Notes: generated by a model not told the origin, from the sequence alone. Positions 32,635 to 45,779 are shown, numbered from the stretch's first letter. The stretch: 64,000 nucleotides of DNA from Nitrospirota bacterium (GCA_963796285.1 CAWCKW010000012.1:448001-512000); one strand, 5' to 3'. Translations and numbers: made by a program.

Positions 32635-33825
32635 ATGAATCTGAATGAACTGCTCAAAACAACCTTTGAAAAAAAGGCCTCCGATCTGCATCTGAAGGTC
32701 GGCGTGCCGCCCATCCTCAGGATCGACGGCAGGCTGGTCCCGATCGAGACCGAAAAGCGGACAACCCAGGAGGAAGCCCTTGCCATTGCCCTGGGTATCA
32801 TGAACCCCGCACAGAAGGCAAAGTTCATGGAGAAAAAAGAGCTGGACATGGCCTACGCCGTTCCGGGGATGGGCCGCTTCCGCCTGAATGTGTTCCAGCA
32901 GCGCGGCAGCGTGGGAATGGTGTTCCGCATGATCCCGACCAAGATACTGACCTTTGAGGAACTCATGCTTCCGACCGTGCTCCAGAAGGTTGGCAGCGAG
33001 CAGCGCGGTCTCATTCTCGTTACGGGAACGACCGGGAGCGGCAAGTCCACAACTCTCGCCGCGATGATCGATTACATCAACACGTCCCGGACTGCCAACG
33101 TCGTCACGATCGAAGACCCGATTGAATTTTTACATAGGGACAAGAAGAGCATCGTGAATCAGCGCGAGATCGGCTCGGACACATTCTCCTTTGGCGATGC
33201 CCTCCGGAGCGCTCTTCGGCAGGATCCGGATGTGATCCTTGTCGGCGAAATGCGAGACTTCGAGACCATCTCCATCGCCCTGACCGCCGCCGAGACCGGC
33301 CACCTGGTGCTCTCTACCCTGCACACGGTCGATGCGGCTGAGACGATCAACCGCGTCATCAGCGTCTTTCCGCCGTACCAGCAGAAACAGGTACGAATGC
33401 AGTTTGCCGCGGTAGTCAAAGGCATCATTTCCCAGCGTCTTGTTGCCCGGGCAGACGGCGCCGGCCGCGTGCCGGCGGTCGAAGTGTTGCTCGGCACGCT
33501 GTCGGTGCGAGAGGCCATCATCGATGAGACAAAGACCCGTCAGATACCGACGATCATTGCCGGCGGACAGCTTCACTACGGGATGCAGACCTTTGACCAG
33601 TCACTCCTCATGCTCTACAAGAAGGGGACCATCACCTACGAAGAGGCGCTGATGACGGCGAGCAATCCAGACGACTTCGCTCTCAGGGTCAAAGGCATCC
33701 AGTCGACGAGCGATATGTCGATGGAGGCGGAAGAGAAGAGAACTTCAGGTATTAAAGAAAACATTGGCGGAGTAAATAAAGCGACGGACAGCGAATTCAA
33801 GATAGACCGGTTCGGGGACAAGTAG
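32635..33825 (+). CDS. pilT: Type IV pilus retraction ATPase, PilT/PilU family
   Basis: ASDLHLKVG, LVTGTTGSGKSTTL, TIEDPIEF, ALRQDPDVILVGEMRD, AAETGHLVLSTLHT, GMQTFDQSL. Confidence 0.92.
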   Translation: MNLNELLKTTFEKKASDLHLKVGVPPILRIDGRLVPIETEKRTTQEEALAIALGIMNPAQKAKFMEKKELDMAYAVPGMGRFRLNVFQQRGSVGMVFRMIPTKILTFEELMLPTVLQKVGSEQRGLILVTGTTGSGKSTTLAAMIDYINTSRTANVVTIEDPIEFLHRDKKSIVNQREIGSDTFSFGDALRSALRQDPDVILVGEMRDFETISIALTAAETGHLVLSTLHTVDAAETINRVISVFPPYQQKQVRMQFAAVVKGIISQRLVARADGAGRVPAVEVLLGTLSVREAIIDETKTRQIPTIIAGGQLHYGMQTFDQSLLMLYKKGTITYEEALMTASNPDDFALRVKGIQSTSDMSMEAEEKRTSGIKENIGGVNKATDSEFKIDRFGDK

Positions 33826-33843
33826 TCAATTGCGGATTGTAGA

Positions 33844-34326
33844 TTGCGGAATTCGGATTTAGAAAAAAAAGAATTGACGAGGGCAAAGAATACCGCCTAT
33901 CGTTTACTCGCCTTCCGGCCGAGAAGCCGGGCGGAGCTTGAAACAAAGCTTCACGATAAGGAATTTGATGCCGCGATCATCTCGGCTGTTCTTGACGACC
34001 TGGCGCGGTTCGGTTATGTGAATGATCGACAGTTTGCGAACCAGTGGGCGCGGAGCAGGATCAGGCTTCGGGGGTTCGGCAGGCGCAGGATCGAGCAGGA
34101 ACTCAAGAACAAGGGGATAGACAGGGAGATTATCAGGGAGGTCTTTGCAGAGGTTTTTATCGATGAAACGGAGATCGAGACCGCGAAGCAGGTTGCGGGG
34201 AAAAAAATCAATGCGATGAAGTGCCTTGACCGAGAGACCCGCAGGCGGCGGCTTGCAGGGTTTCTGGAACGGAAGGGGTTCTCTTTTGAAATTATAGGGG
34301 CCGTTTTGCGTGATGCTTGCAAATAA
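33844..34326 (+). CDS. recX: Regulatory protein RecX
   Basis: LLAFRPRSRAEL, GYVNDRQFA, GRRRIEQELKNKGI, FLERKGFS; exact start uncertain. Confidence 0.9.
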   Translation: MRNSDLEKKELTRAKNTAYRLLAFRPRSRAELETKLHDKEFDAAIISAVLDDLARFGYVNDRQFANQWARSRIRLRGFGRRRIEQELKNKGIDREIIREVFAEVFIDETEIETAKQVAGKKINAMKCLDRETRRRRLAGFLERKGFSFEIIGAVLRDACK

Positions 34327-34464
34327 CAATTGCCTCTCACGCGGAGGACGCAGAGGAAAACGGTTCCACTGAACAAGCTGATTTGCCGCAATACTATCCT
34401 TCGTCTCTGTTCTCTGGCTCCCCCGTAAGGGAAACAAAACTCTAATGGGGTAAATCTGTAGTAA

Positions 34465-37133
<2,669 letters not shown>

Positions 37134-37416
37134 ATTCCCGAAGAATAGGGCTTTGCGCCGGTTTTGTCGACAGGTTTTTTCCCGTTCTCTCTCACCAGGC
37201 TGCAAGTTATGTTATAATTTAGGTATGCTAACCCGGACAAGCCGGAACATAAACCCTTTTTGCCGCAGAGGATACAGAGTTTAAAATATATGACACATTT
37301 GATTGTCCCGAAATACGACAAGCCTCTATCTAAGTGCTTCGTGGAATCTGGTGCTAAATATTTTAGCCATATTGTGGAGAAGTTGTTTTATAACTAATTA
37401 AACCAAGGAGGTTACC

Positions 37417-37737
37417 ATGACGGTCGCAGATATGCTCAAGAAAGCAATGCTGGCAGGGCTGGGAGCGCAGGAAAAGGCCAAGGAATTCGTCGATGAACTG
37501 GTCAAGGCAGGGGAACTGTCCAAGAGCGATGGCGCCACGCTTGTGAAAGAGTGGGCATCCAAGGCCGAGGAAAGCACCAAGGACATTGACCTTAAGATCA
37601 AGGACGCGATTGGGGGCGCGTTCGAGAAACTGAATATCCCGACACGGGACGACCTTGAAAAGCTTGAGAAGAAGATACAGGGCATTTCGGCCCGACTCTC
37701 GAAAGTAGAGGGCGGGGATGGGAAAGGCGGGGCATAA
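37417..37737 (+). CDS. Phasin-like / PHA granule-associated protein (PhaF/I-like)
   Basis: LKKAMLAGLGA..KAKEFVDELVKAGELS, LNIPTRDDLEKLEKKI. Confidence 0.75.
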   Translation: MTVADMLKKAMLAGLGAQEKAKEFVDELVKAGELSKSDGATLVKEWASKAEESTKDIDLKIKDAIGGAFEKLNIPTRDDLEKLEKKIQGISARLSKVEGGDGKGGA

Positions 37738-37758
37738 GGTCAGAGCCCTGGCGCGCTG

Positions 37759-39465
37759 ATGCCTTTGTTGGGATCCAGGAGAAGACATTTCCGGGACATT
37801 CCGCGGATCGCTCGGATCATCGCGGTGGCATCCCGCCACGGGTTCGGCCACCTTGTCGAGCAGATGGGTCTGCAGCGTTTTTTCTCGCTCGGCAGGCGAA
37901 TTACTACGTTCAAAACACCCCCCTCCCTCGAACACCGCTTGAGCGCTCCGGAGCGCCTCAGGCTTATGTTCGAGGAACTGGGGCCTACGTTCATCAAACT
38001 CGGGCAGGTGCTGGCATGTCGTCCGGACATGCTGCCTATCGAGTACTCCCGTGAACTCACCAAATTAACGGACGCTGTTGCCCCCTTTCCCTTCCAAATA
38101 GCCAAGGAAATCATTGAGCAGGACCTGCATGGTCCTGTTGAGCGCATCTTTGCCGCCTTTGACGACATTCCCGTGGCCGCGGCATCCATCGCACAGGTAC
38201 ACCGGGCAACGCTCCTTGACGGCTCCAAGGTAATGGTAAAGGTCCAGCGGCCCGATATCGACGCCATCATCGATCGGGACATCAGCATCATGCGGGGGAT
38301 CGCCGACCTCATCGAATCGCGGGTCCCGGAGCTGGCGCCATACAATGTCCCGGGGATCGTGGATGAGTTCGCGCATACCATTAAAAAGGAGCTCGATTTT
38401 TTCATCGAAGCTGCAAACGCGGCACAGCTCAGGAATAACTTTGACAAGAGCGATGTCCTGTACATTCCACGCATATACAGTGAGCTTTCGACCAAGCGGG
38501 TGCTGGTGCTTGAGAGGATCGAAGGCATCCGGATCGATGATTTTCAGCGGCTCGAACAGGCAGGTTTCGACCGCCGGGAAATCGCACTCAAGGGCGCTGC
38601 CGCCTTTTTTAAAATGGTGCTCCGGGACGGGCTCTTTCATGCTGACCCGCACCCGGGGAACATCTTCGTCCTCCCCGACGGCCGGCTCGGCCTTGTCGAC
38701 TTTGGCATCATGGGCAGGGTCACGGAAGAGAATATGGAGCTCTTCGCAAATATATTCGTTGCGCTGGCGGAACATAATTATGATGCCCTTGTTCGGCAGT
38801 ATATAAGCCTGGGTTTCGTGTCCGAAGAGTCCGTGAACATAGAAAAATTCGAACGCGAGATGAAAGAGGACCTTGCCGAGCTTCTGGAACCCTATTACGG
38901 CATGCAGGTGAAGCAGATCGACTTCGGTGCCTACATCGACCGCGTTACCCATATTCTCCTTCGCCATAAGCTGAGGCAGCCCTCGAACCTCTACCTTATG
39001 GACAAGGCGCTCATCACGCTCGAAGGGCTTCTGAAGCAGCTCGATCCGTCATTCAACTATTTTGAAGCGGCACAGCCCTATGTGGCCGAACTGGTCCGCC
39101 GCAGACGAAACCCCCTCCGCGCCGTACAGGCCATTCGGAAGAACATGGCGGACTTCGCTGACGTCTTTTCGCAACTGCCGCGACAGTTGAAAGCGACGTA
39201 TCGGAAATTCATGCAGGGCGACCTGAAGGTCACTATCCATCACGAGGGCCTGACTCAGCTGATCAAGGACCTCGATAAAGCGAGCAATCGGCTTTCGTTC
39301 AGCATTATTACCGCGGCCATCATTGTGGCGTCTTCCATCATCATCCATTCGGGCACGGGACCGATGCTTTTCGGCTTGCCGACGTTCGGCCTGATAGGGT
39401 ATGTTATAGCAGCACTGCTGGGACTCTGGATCCTGGTGGGAATCTTACGCTCGGGACAGCTTTGA
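37759..39465 (+). CDS. ABC1/AarF/UbiB-family atypical kinase
   Basis: EELGPTFIKLGQ, AAASIAQVHRA, VKVQRP, FHADPHPGN, VDFGIMG; C-terminal TM helices. Confidence 0.94.
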   Translation: MPLLGSRRRHFRDIPRIARIIAVASRHGFGHLVEQMGLQRFFSLGRRITTFKTPPSLEHRLSAPERLRLMFEELGPTFIKLGQVLACRPDMLPIEYSRELTKLTDAVAPFPFQIAKEIIEQDLHGPVERIFAAFDDIPVAAASIAQVHRATLLDGSKVMVKVQRPDIDAIIDRDISIMRGIADLIESRVPELAPYNVPGIVDEFAHTIKKELDFFIEAANAAQLRNNFDKSDVLYIPRIYSELSTKRVLVLERIEGIRIDDFQRLEQAGFDRREIALKGAAAFFKMVLRDGLFHADPHPGNIFVLPDGRLGLVDFGIMGRVTEENMELFANIFVALAEHNYDALVRQYISLGFVSEESVNIEKFEREMKEDLAELLEPYYGMQVKQIDFGAYIDRVTHILLRHKLRQPSNLYLMDKALITLEGLLKQLDPSFNYFEAAQPYVAELVRRRRNPLRAVQAIRKNMADFADVFSQLPRQLKATYRKFMQGDLKVTIHHEGLTQLIKDLDKASNRLSFSIITAAIIVASSIIIHSGTGPMLFGLPTFGLIGYVIAALLGLWILVGILRSGQL

Positions 39466-39714
39466 GCTTGCGCAATGCCGGAATAACACTGTATCCGCTC
39501 CGCTGCCCCTTCCCTTCGAGAAGTGAGAAAAGGGAGGGGATGGATCTTGGTAGAATATGGAATAAAGACATATTTGTGCTACGACAGTCATTGTATGTAC
39601 AAGATAAATCCAGTCAATCTTATGCTTCTGTTCGAGTCTATTTAGCAAGACAGCTTGTCTGGAACTGACGTTTGGAATACATGATTCAATAACCTCCTTG
39701 TTGTGTGGGGAACG

Positions 39715-40773
39715 ATGCGAAAAATAGCAAAAAAGAATCTCTGGCTGTTATTCCTGATCTCTACCGCGGCGCTGACAGCCGTTATCCATCTGTATATTGC
39801 CCTCTTTATCCCGCCCTCCAATGAGAAGGTTTGGAAAGAGGTCCAGGTGACCGAAGGGATGAGCTTGAAAGCGATCGCGGGGACCCTGCAGAAAGAAGGC
39901 ATCATCCGCTTCCGGGTATACTTCGAGATCATCGGCAGGTTGCAGGGCTTCAGCCGCAATGTACACGTGGGCTACTACGGGTTGAACACGCACATGAGTT
40001 TATGGGAGGTCCTGGATATCCTGCGAAAGGGCAGGATCATCGAATATGAGATCGTGGTCCCCGAGGGATATAACCTGTACCAGATCGCCTGGACACTGTC
40101 CGGCACTCCGCTTATTTCCGAACCCCATGAGTTCATTGATCTGGTGAAAAATAAGAAATATGTCCATTCTCTCGGTATCGAGGCTGATACCCTCGAAGGA
40201 TACCTCTTCCCTGACACGTACTATCTGCCCAAGGGCATCAAGCTTGAAGATATTCCAAAAAAGATGGTTCAGCGATATAAGGTTGTATTCACTGACAGCA
40301 AAAGAAAACGTGCGGAGGAACTCGGGTTCACCGAGCAGCAGATCATTACCCTTGCTTCGATCGTGGAAAAAGAGGCCAAGGTTGATTCGGAGCGCAAGCT
40401 CATCTCCGCAGTGTATCATAACCGGCTGAAGCTGGGGATGAAGCTCCAGGCAGATCCCACCGCAGTGTACGGCACCAAGGCGTGGATCACAACGGTCACC
40501 AGGGAGGACTTGAAGCGACGGTCACCTTATAACACCTATCTCCACAAGGGTCTCCCTCCGGGTCCTATCGCGAACCCTGGTGAGGGTGCGATCCTTGCCG
40601 CTCTTTATCCAGAGAATGTGGACTATCTCTTCTTTGTCGCTCAGGGAGACGGCAGCCACTTTTTCTCAAAGGATTTCGGTTCTCATGAAAAGGCTATTGG
40701 CAGGTACCGGTCGAACAAGAAAAGGGTGAAGCAGCAGGGGCAGGAGAAGCAGTCCGCAGTCAGCAGTCAGTAG
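39715..40773 (+). CDS. mltG: Endolytic transglycosylase MltG (YceG)
   Basis: VPEGY, LEGYLFPDTY, LASIVEKEA, NRLKLGMKLQADPT, SPYNTY..GLPPGPIANPG. Confidence 0.96.
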   Translation: MRKIAKKNLWLLFLISTAALTAVIHLYIALFIPPSNEKVWKEVQVTEGMSLKAIAGTLQKEGIIRFRVYFEIIGRLQGFSRNVHVGYYGLNTHMSLWEVLDILRKGRIIEYEIVVPEGYNLYQIAWTLSGTPLISEPHEFIDLVKNKKYVHSLGIEADTLEGYLFPDTYYLPKGIKLEDIPKKMVQRYKVVFTDSKRKRAEELGFTEQQIITLASIVEKEAKVDSERKLISAVYHNRLKLGMKLQADPTAVYGTKAWITTVTREDLKRRSPYNTYLHKGLPPGPIANPGEGAILAALYPENVDYLFFVAQGDGSHFFSKDFGSHEKAIGRYRSNKKRVKQQGQEKQSAVSSQ

Positions 40774-40850
40774 TCGGCAGTCACGGCCGCGGATCCCTCA
40801 TTCCGCATAGGCACCTATATATCGATCAAGCTGTTTCTCTTTTGACACGA

Positions 40851-41258
40851 TTAATTATCAAGCATGACGGAGAATCCCGAGAAGGGGGGGAAGGAACTCA
40901 CCTTTGCCGGAAGGCCCCGCGAATCGAATTTTCCATATGCCATCGAGTCGTCGAAGAATCTGATGGTCTGTTTTGTCGCGTCGATCTCGAATTTTCCCCC
41001 ACCGACGATGTCCCATTCCTGGTCATAGATATCGTATCGCTTTCTTTCAGGATCATAGCTCCCCTCAATCCCCTTGTCGAGGCAGAACCGCTCCACGATG
41101 TTGGCATGATATTTAGTAAATTCCTTTGGCGACAGAATGAGATATTCCATTGATCCGTTCCGGATCTGGACGAACTTGCCGATGATTACCGGCGGAACGT
41201 CTGTCTTCGCGATGGCGGTATAGTAGAGAGGCGAGTAATCGATCAATTCGAAGGCCAT
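40851..41258 (-). CDS. Janus/Ocnus (PHPT1-like phosphohistidine phosphatase) fold protein, putative
   Basis: GKFVQIR, YHANIVERF, IVGGGKFEID..KQTIRFFDDSMAYG match the recalled PHPT1 motifs [38 protein letters not shown] in order and spacing. Confidence 0.68.
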   Translation of the reverse strand: MAFELIDYSPLYYTAIAKTDVPPVIIGKFVQIRNGSMEYLILSPKEFTKYHANIVERFCLDKGIEGSYDPERKRYDIYDQEWDIVGGGKFEIDATKQTIRFFDDSMAYGKFDSRGLPAKVSSFPPFSGFSVMLDN

Positions 41259-41514
41259 GGCTAAAGTATATCATGTGTTAGCGACCAGGAGGAAGGGGAG
41301 AAGGGTAGAGGGGGGAGGAAGCTAATAGGTTGGCATAAAGACTACACCTACAACTCTGCAATTTCATTCGACGCAACAAGCATGTAAATACGGGTTGTTA
41401 ATTAGCACGAACGACTCAGCTGAGGGTGCGATTTTAGCGACCTTCTCCAGCGACAATGGCTAGACATCTGTGTAGGTTCCAATCCAGTTTACACGACCTG
41501 CCGACTGAATGAAT

Positions 41515-42510
41515 TTATTGCCACACCATGATTCGACCTTCATTACCCTTAAGTTGCTCTCTTTCCCCGTCTTAACATTTAATACAAATATCATATTGAT
41601 TACATATTGCCTGTCATTATACATAAGTAACAAGCATCAGGTGACCAAACTGCTGGTTCTTCAACCCATATTTCTTCGGTTAGCTTCTTGCTAGTCTGTG
41701 GAGCCAGAATATAGATAAATGAATGCTTAATCTGATAGTTCTCTATTTCAAGCAAAGCAGTTTTTTCTTTACTTTGTGATGACATTATTTTCTCAAATTC
41801 TCCGGTCTTCATTTTGGAATGGGCTATTATCCTCTTAATTATGGACTCGTCTACATCATGAGATAGGTACACAATTTTAGTCCCATCATTAGACACAGTT
41901 GGTGCATAGCCAAAATCAATAATCTTTGTTTCTTCATTTGTTACACTGTCAAAGATGTATATTTTATAGTCCTTCGTACTAACCGCTAATCTTTTTCCGT
42001 CCGGGAACCATGATGGTTTGAATCGCGCCAAGCCAAGATAGAAATTTGCACGTTAGCTGAGCCATCATTTCGAGTAAAATCAAATACCAATCCTTAATCC
42101 AGTCTTCTTGTAATCTCTCATCTGGGTTTCTTGTTTTTACCTGCAAGTAGGCAATGCTTTTACCATCGGGAGAAAAAGATGGGTTCCTCGTAACGTTTTT
42201 CGATGAGATTGTGTTCGACCTTTTGTTATCTGAATATATTAGTAACCTAAAGTCTTCATCTCCTGTAGTCGTAATCACCCTTTTTCTTCCATCACGCGAC
42301 ACGTCAAAATCGTTTACAAGGGAAACAGAGTCGATTGTAATTGCTTTCTGATTGTCCTGAAGATAAGCCAAACTTTTCCATGTGCCAATTTGATACAACT
42401 TCGACATAACCAACACATTTGTCGAGCATGTTTCTGGCGCTTTAAGCATTTGTTGTCATTTGAATTGTAAGAAGTAATATGATTGTTGAGAGATAAAAGA
42501 ACCTCTTCAT
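41515..42510 (-). pseudogene. AT-rich TolB-like (PD40) beta-propeller gene, multiply frameshifted
   Basis: RBS AGGAGG and signal peptide MKRFFYLSTIILLL; repeats NPSFSPDGKSIAY, PSWFPDGKRL, PTVSNDGTKIVY, PAVWSPD. Confidence 0.65.
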
Positions 42511-42564
42511 TTAGAATGCCTCCTACGATTGAAACAATATATTAAAGACGACTAGCTATTTATT

Positions 42565-42607
42565 GAGTAGACCCCTATGATTATGCGCAAATCTACGGGG
42601 TCTACTC
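42565..42607. repeat. Perfect 11-bp inverted repeat at the edge of the AT-rich insert
   Basis: GAGTAGACCCC-N21-GGGGTCTACTC. Confidence 0.6.
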
Positions 42608-42717
42608 AACACCGCAATATGGGTTCATAGTTAGGTAGTCGATTGCACAATTCTAAGTGAACTCTTGGTTTTTCGATGTATATGCTAATTGCAATAGTAC
42701 AGGAAGTAATGCTCAGC

Positions 42718-43524
42718 CTACTCCCGCTGCCTCGGGTCGAGCGCATCGCGAATTCCTTCTCCGAGCAGGTTGTAGCCGAGTACGGTGATGAGGATCGCAA
42801 GGCCGGGGAAGGCCGAAAGCCACCAGGCGATCTCGATGTTGTCCTTGCCTGAGGACAGCAGGCTGCCCCAGCTCGGGGTAGGGGGCTGAACGCCGAGGCC
42901 GAGAAAGCTCAAGGCCGACTCGATAAGGATCGCGCCGCCGATGCCCATGGTTGCGGAGACGAGGATCGGGGAGAGGCCGTTCGGCAGGACGTGCTTCATG
43001 ATGATGCGGCCGTCGGTGGCGCCGATGGCGCGCGCGGCGATCACGAACTCGCGTTCTTTGAGCGAGATGAACTCGGCGCGGATGAGCCGGGCAGGCTCCA
43101 TCCAGCTGGTGAGCCCGATCACGATCATGATATTGATGATGCTCGGTTCGAGGATGGCGATCACTGCCAGGATCAGGAAGATCGTGGGGATGCTCAGCAT
43201 GATATCCACGGCCCGCATGATCGCGCTGTCGATATAACCACCGTAGTAGCCTGCAATGGCGCCGAGAATGATGCCGAGGATCGTTGCTATTCCGACTGCC
43301 ACGAATCCCACCTCAAGCGAGATCCTTCCGCCCCAGAGCATGCGCGAGAGCACGTCCCTGCCGAGGTCGTCCGTGCCAAGCAGGTGCGAAAAACTCGGTC
43401 CGACGAGGATGTTCTTGATGTCGATGGTGGAGGGGTTATAGGGCGCGACCAGCGGAGCGAAGATGGAAAGGATGAAGATGAGCAGCACCAGCATCCCGCC
43501 GATGACGGCGAGCTTGTTCTTCAT
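42718..43524 (-). CDS. Peptide/nickel ABC transporter permease (OppC/DppC)
   Basis: HLLGTDDLGRDVLSR, EREFVIAARAIGA, ESALSFLGLGVQPPTPSWG, LLGEGIRDALDPR. Confidence 0.95.
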   Translation of the reverse strand: MKNKLAVIGGMLVLLIFILSIFAPLVAPYNPSTIDIKNILVGPSFSHLLGTDDLGRDVLSRMLWGGRISLEVGFVAVGIATILGIILGAIAGYYGGYIDSAIMRAVDIMLSIPTIFLILAVIAILEPSIINIMIVIGLTSWMEPARLIRAEFISLKEREFVIAARAIGATDGRIIMKHVLPNGLSPILVSATMGIGGAILIESALSFLGLGVQPPTPSWGSLLSSGKDNIEIAWWLSAFPGLAILITVLGYNLLGEGIRDALDPRQRE

Positions 43525-43600
43525 GAGGTAATGAAGCGTTTGGGATGTGAAGGATTCGTTGTTAATTGCTCATGTATATGCCCTGATTGTTTGCTTCAAT

Positions 43601-43623
43601 CGCAGGCTAAAGCCTGCGGCTAC
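43601..43623 (-). repeat. GTAG-type REP-like palindrome
   Basis: Minus strand GTAGCCGCAGGCTTTAGCCTGCG: GTAG tetranucleotide followed by a CGCAGGCT/AGCCTGCG hairpin. Confidence 0.6.
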
Positions 43624-43649
43624 CAAATTTGCCCTTGACCCTATGACAC

Positions 43650-44622
43650 TTATTTCAATCTCACCCTCGGATCAGTAAAGGCATACCCGATGTCCGCCAG
43701 GAAGTTCCCGAGCAGGGTCAGAAACGCGGCGGGCACTAGAATTCCCATGACAAGGTTATAGTCCCGCGACATGACCGACTGGAACATGAGCTGCCCCATG
43801 CCGGGAATGCCGAAGACCTGTTCAATGATCACACTGCCGCCGATGATGCCGGGGAGTGACAGGCCTAAAATGGTGATAACCGGCATGAGCGCGTTCCTGA
43901 GCGCGTGTTTGTAAATGACCACGCTCTCGGAAAGCCCCTTGGCCCTGGCTGTGCGGATGTAGTCTTGCCGCATGACCTCGAGCATGTTATTCCGGACGTA
44001 ACGCGAGAATCCTGCCAGCCCGCCGAAGGACAACACGAAGACCGGCAGGATCAGATGCTGGGACCTGTCCATGAGCCTGTCCCAGCCCGAGAGACCCGTC
44101 ACATCCAGGCTCTGGATGCCGGATATCGGAAGCACACCCCACTGCACACCGAACAGATAGATGAGCAGGAGCGCCAGCCAGAACGAGGGCGTGGAAAATC
44201 CTATGAAAACGAAGATGGTCGTGAACCGGTCGAGGAGCGAGTATTGCCGGGTGGCGGACATGATACCGATGGGGATGGCGATCAGCAGCACGAGCCCGAG
44301 TGAGAGCAGATTGATCGTGAGCGTGATCGGAAGGCGTTCGAGGATCTTGTCCTTGACCTTGCGGCCGTCGGCAAAGGCCTCGCCGAAATCGAGGGTCACG
44401 AACTTTGTGAGCCACGTGGCGTACTGTTTGTAAAAGGGCTGATCAGCGCCGTAGAGCTTGCGGAGACGCTCCCGCGCCTCTGCTGATGCCCTGTGCGGAG
44501 AATTCCATCTGCGCTTCGGCCGGTCCGCCCGGGGCGAGGCGCATGACGCCGAAGCTCAGCACGGTGATGCCGAGGAGAATGGGGATCATCAGGAGCGTGC
44601 GTTTAATAAAGTAGATGAGCAT
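43650..44622 (-). CDS. Peptide/nickel ABC transporter permease (OppB/DppB), frameshifts at about 44440-44500
   Basis: [21 protein letters not shown]; [43 protein letters not shown]. Confidence 0.92.
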
Positions 44623-44632
44623 TGCCAGGCGT

Positions 44633-44886
44633 TTATCCAGTGACCTTGTATACAAGATCGAAGGGCTTTGCAGTCTGGGAAAGCTTGATGCCGATGAACT
44701 GGCCGCGGATGGCTTTCTGGACCGGATGGTGGTCGAATTCCAGATCTCGATCTTCTGCGTAAAGTCGGTGTCGTTTCCCTTTACGTGGATGGAATCACCC
44801 ATCGCGAGGTCGCCGAAATCCAGCTTGACCGCTGCGATCGAGGTTTTGTCGAAAAATTTGATCACTGATCCGATTCGCTCTTCCAT
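44633..44886 (-). CDS. Small translation-elongation-factor-like beta-barrel protein (one frameshift)
   Basis: MEERIGSVIKFFDKTSIAAVKL..GDSIHVKGNDTDFTQKIE, continuing in another frame EFDHHPVQKAIRGQFIGIKL..PFDLVYKV. Confidence 0.6.
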
Positions 44887-44993
44887 GAGGGTAATCATAG
44901 TATAAATTGAGCGTCATTTCAAGGGAAAAGGGTTTTGCCCAAAGACAGGGAGGAGAGAGCGCCGAAAATGCATACGAGACGGGCACATAGCGC

Positions 44994-45022
44994 TTGACAA
45001 TACAGGGGAGTGTGAGTATTAT
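44994..45022 (+). promoter_or_regulatory. Sigma-70 promoter of the tRNA operon
   Basis: TTGACA-17-TATTAT. Confidence 0.72.
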
Positions 45023-45059
45023 ATGGCCTACCAGTCAGGGTAAATGTGTGGTTATACCT

Positions 45060-45136
45060 CGGGGCGTGGCGCAGCCCGGTAGCGCGTCTGCTTTGGGAGC
45101 AGAAAGCCGGAGGTTCAAATCCTCTCGCCCCGACCA
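45060..45136 (+). tRNA. tRNA-Pro (TGG)
   Basis: Cloverleaf; TCTGC-TTTGGGA-GCAGA anticodon arm; CCA. Confidence 0.96.
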
Positions 45137-45214
45137 GTTTAAAATTGGAAATGAAGATTAAATTGTAAATTTTAAATATTTCAATCTGTACTTTTCAATG
45201 GAGTGTAGCGACAA

Positions 45215-45291
45215 GCGCCTGTAGCTCAGCTGGATAGAGCAACAGCCTTCTAAGCTGTGGGCCATGGGTTCGAATCCCGTCAGGCGCACCA
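45215..45291 (+). tRNA. tRNA-Arg (TCT)
   Basis: ACAGC-CTTCTAA-GCTGT anticodon arm; GGTTCGAATCC; CCA. Confidence 0.96.
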
Positions 45292-45386
45292 ATAGATGAA
45301 AATAATAAAAAATAAATAGAAATATTATATTTTTTAAGGTATCATAACCCCTGTTATTTTTTTCATCAATTTCTTGGTTTTTTCAC

Positions 45387-45463
45387 GGTGGGCGTAGCTC
45401 AGTTGGTAGAGCTCCAGGTTGTGGCCCTGGTGGCCGCGGGTTCAAGCCCCGTCGCTCACCCCA
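45387..45463 (+). tRNA. tRNA-His (GTG)
   Basis: G-1 present; CCAGG-TTGTGGC-CCTGG anticodon arm; CCA. Confidence 0.96.
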
Positions 45464-45527
45464 ATTTTCGATCGTAGAGACGGTCATCTCGCCGTCTCTA
45501 CAGCTTTTATGAGGTGTTTTATCTGCC

Positions 45528-45604
<77 letters not shown>

Positions 45605-45686
45605 AAGATAAAGCAAATGAAAGATGCGGAACGAGACCAACGACGCAGTGCAGCGTCCAATCGAATCCGAAGCGAGTTAATTAATC

Positions 45687-45763
45687 GCGCCCGTAGCTCA
45701 GCTGGATAGAGCGTTGGCCTCCGAAGCCAAAGGTCGCGTGTTCGACTCACGCCGGGCGCACCA
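45687..45763 (+). tRNA. tRNA-Arg (CCG)
   Basis: TTGGC-CTCCGAA-GCCAA anticodon arm; CCA. Confidence 0.95.
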
Positions 45764-45779
45764 GAAAAAACAAATACTT

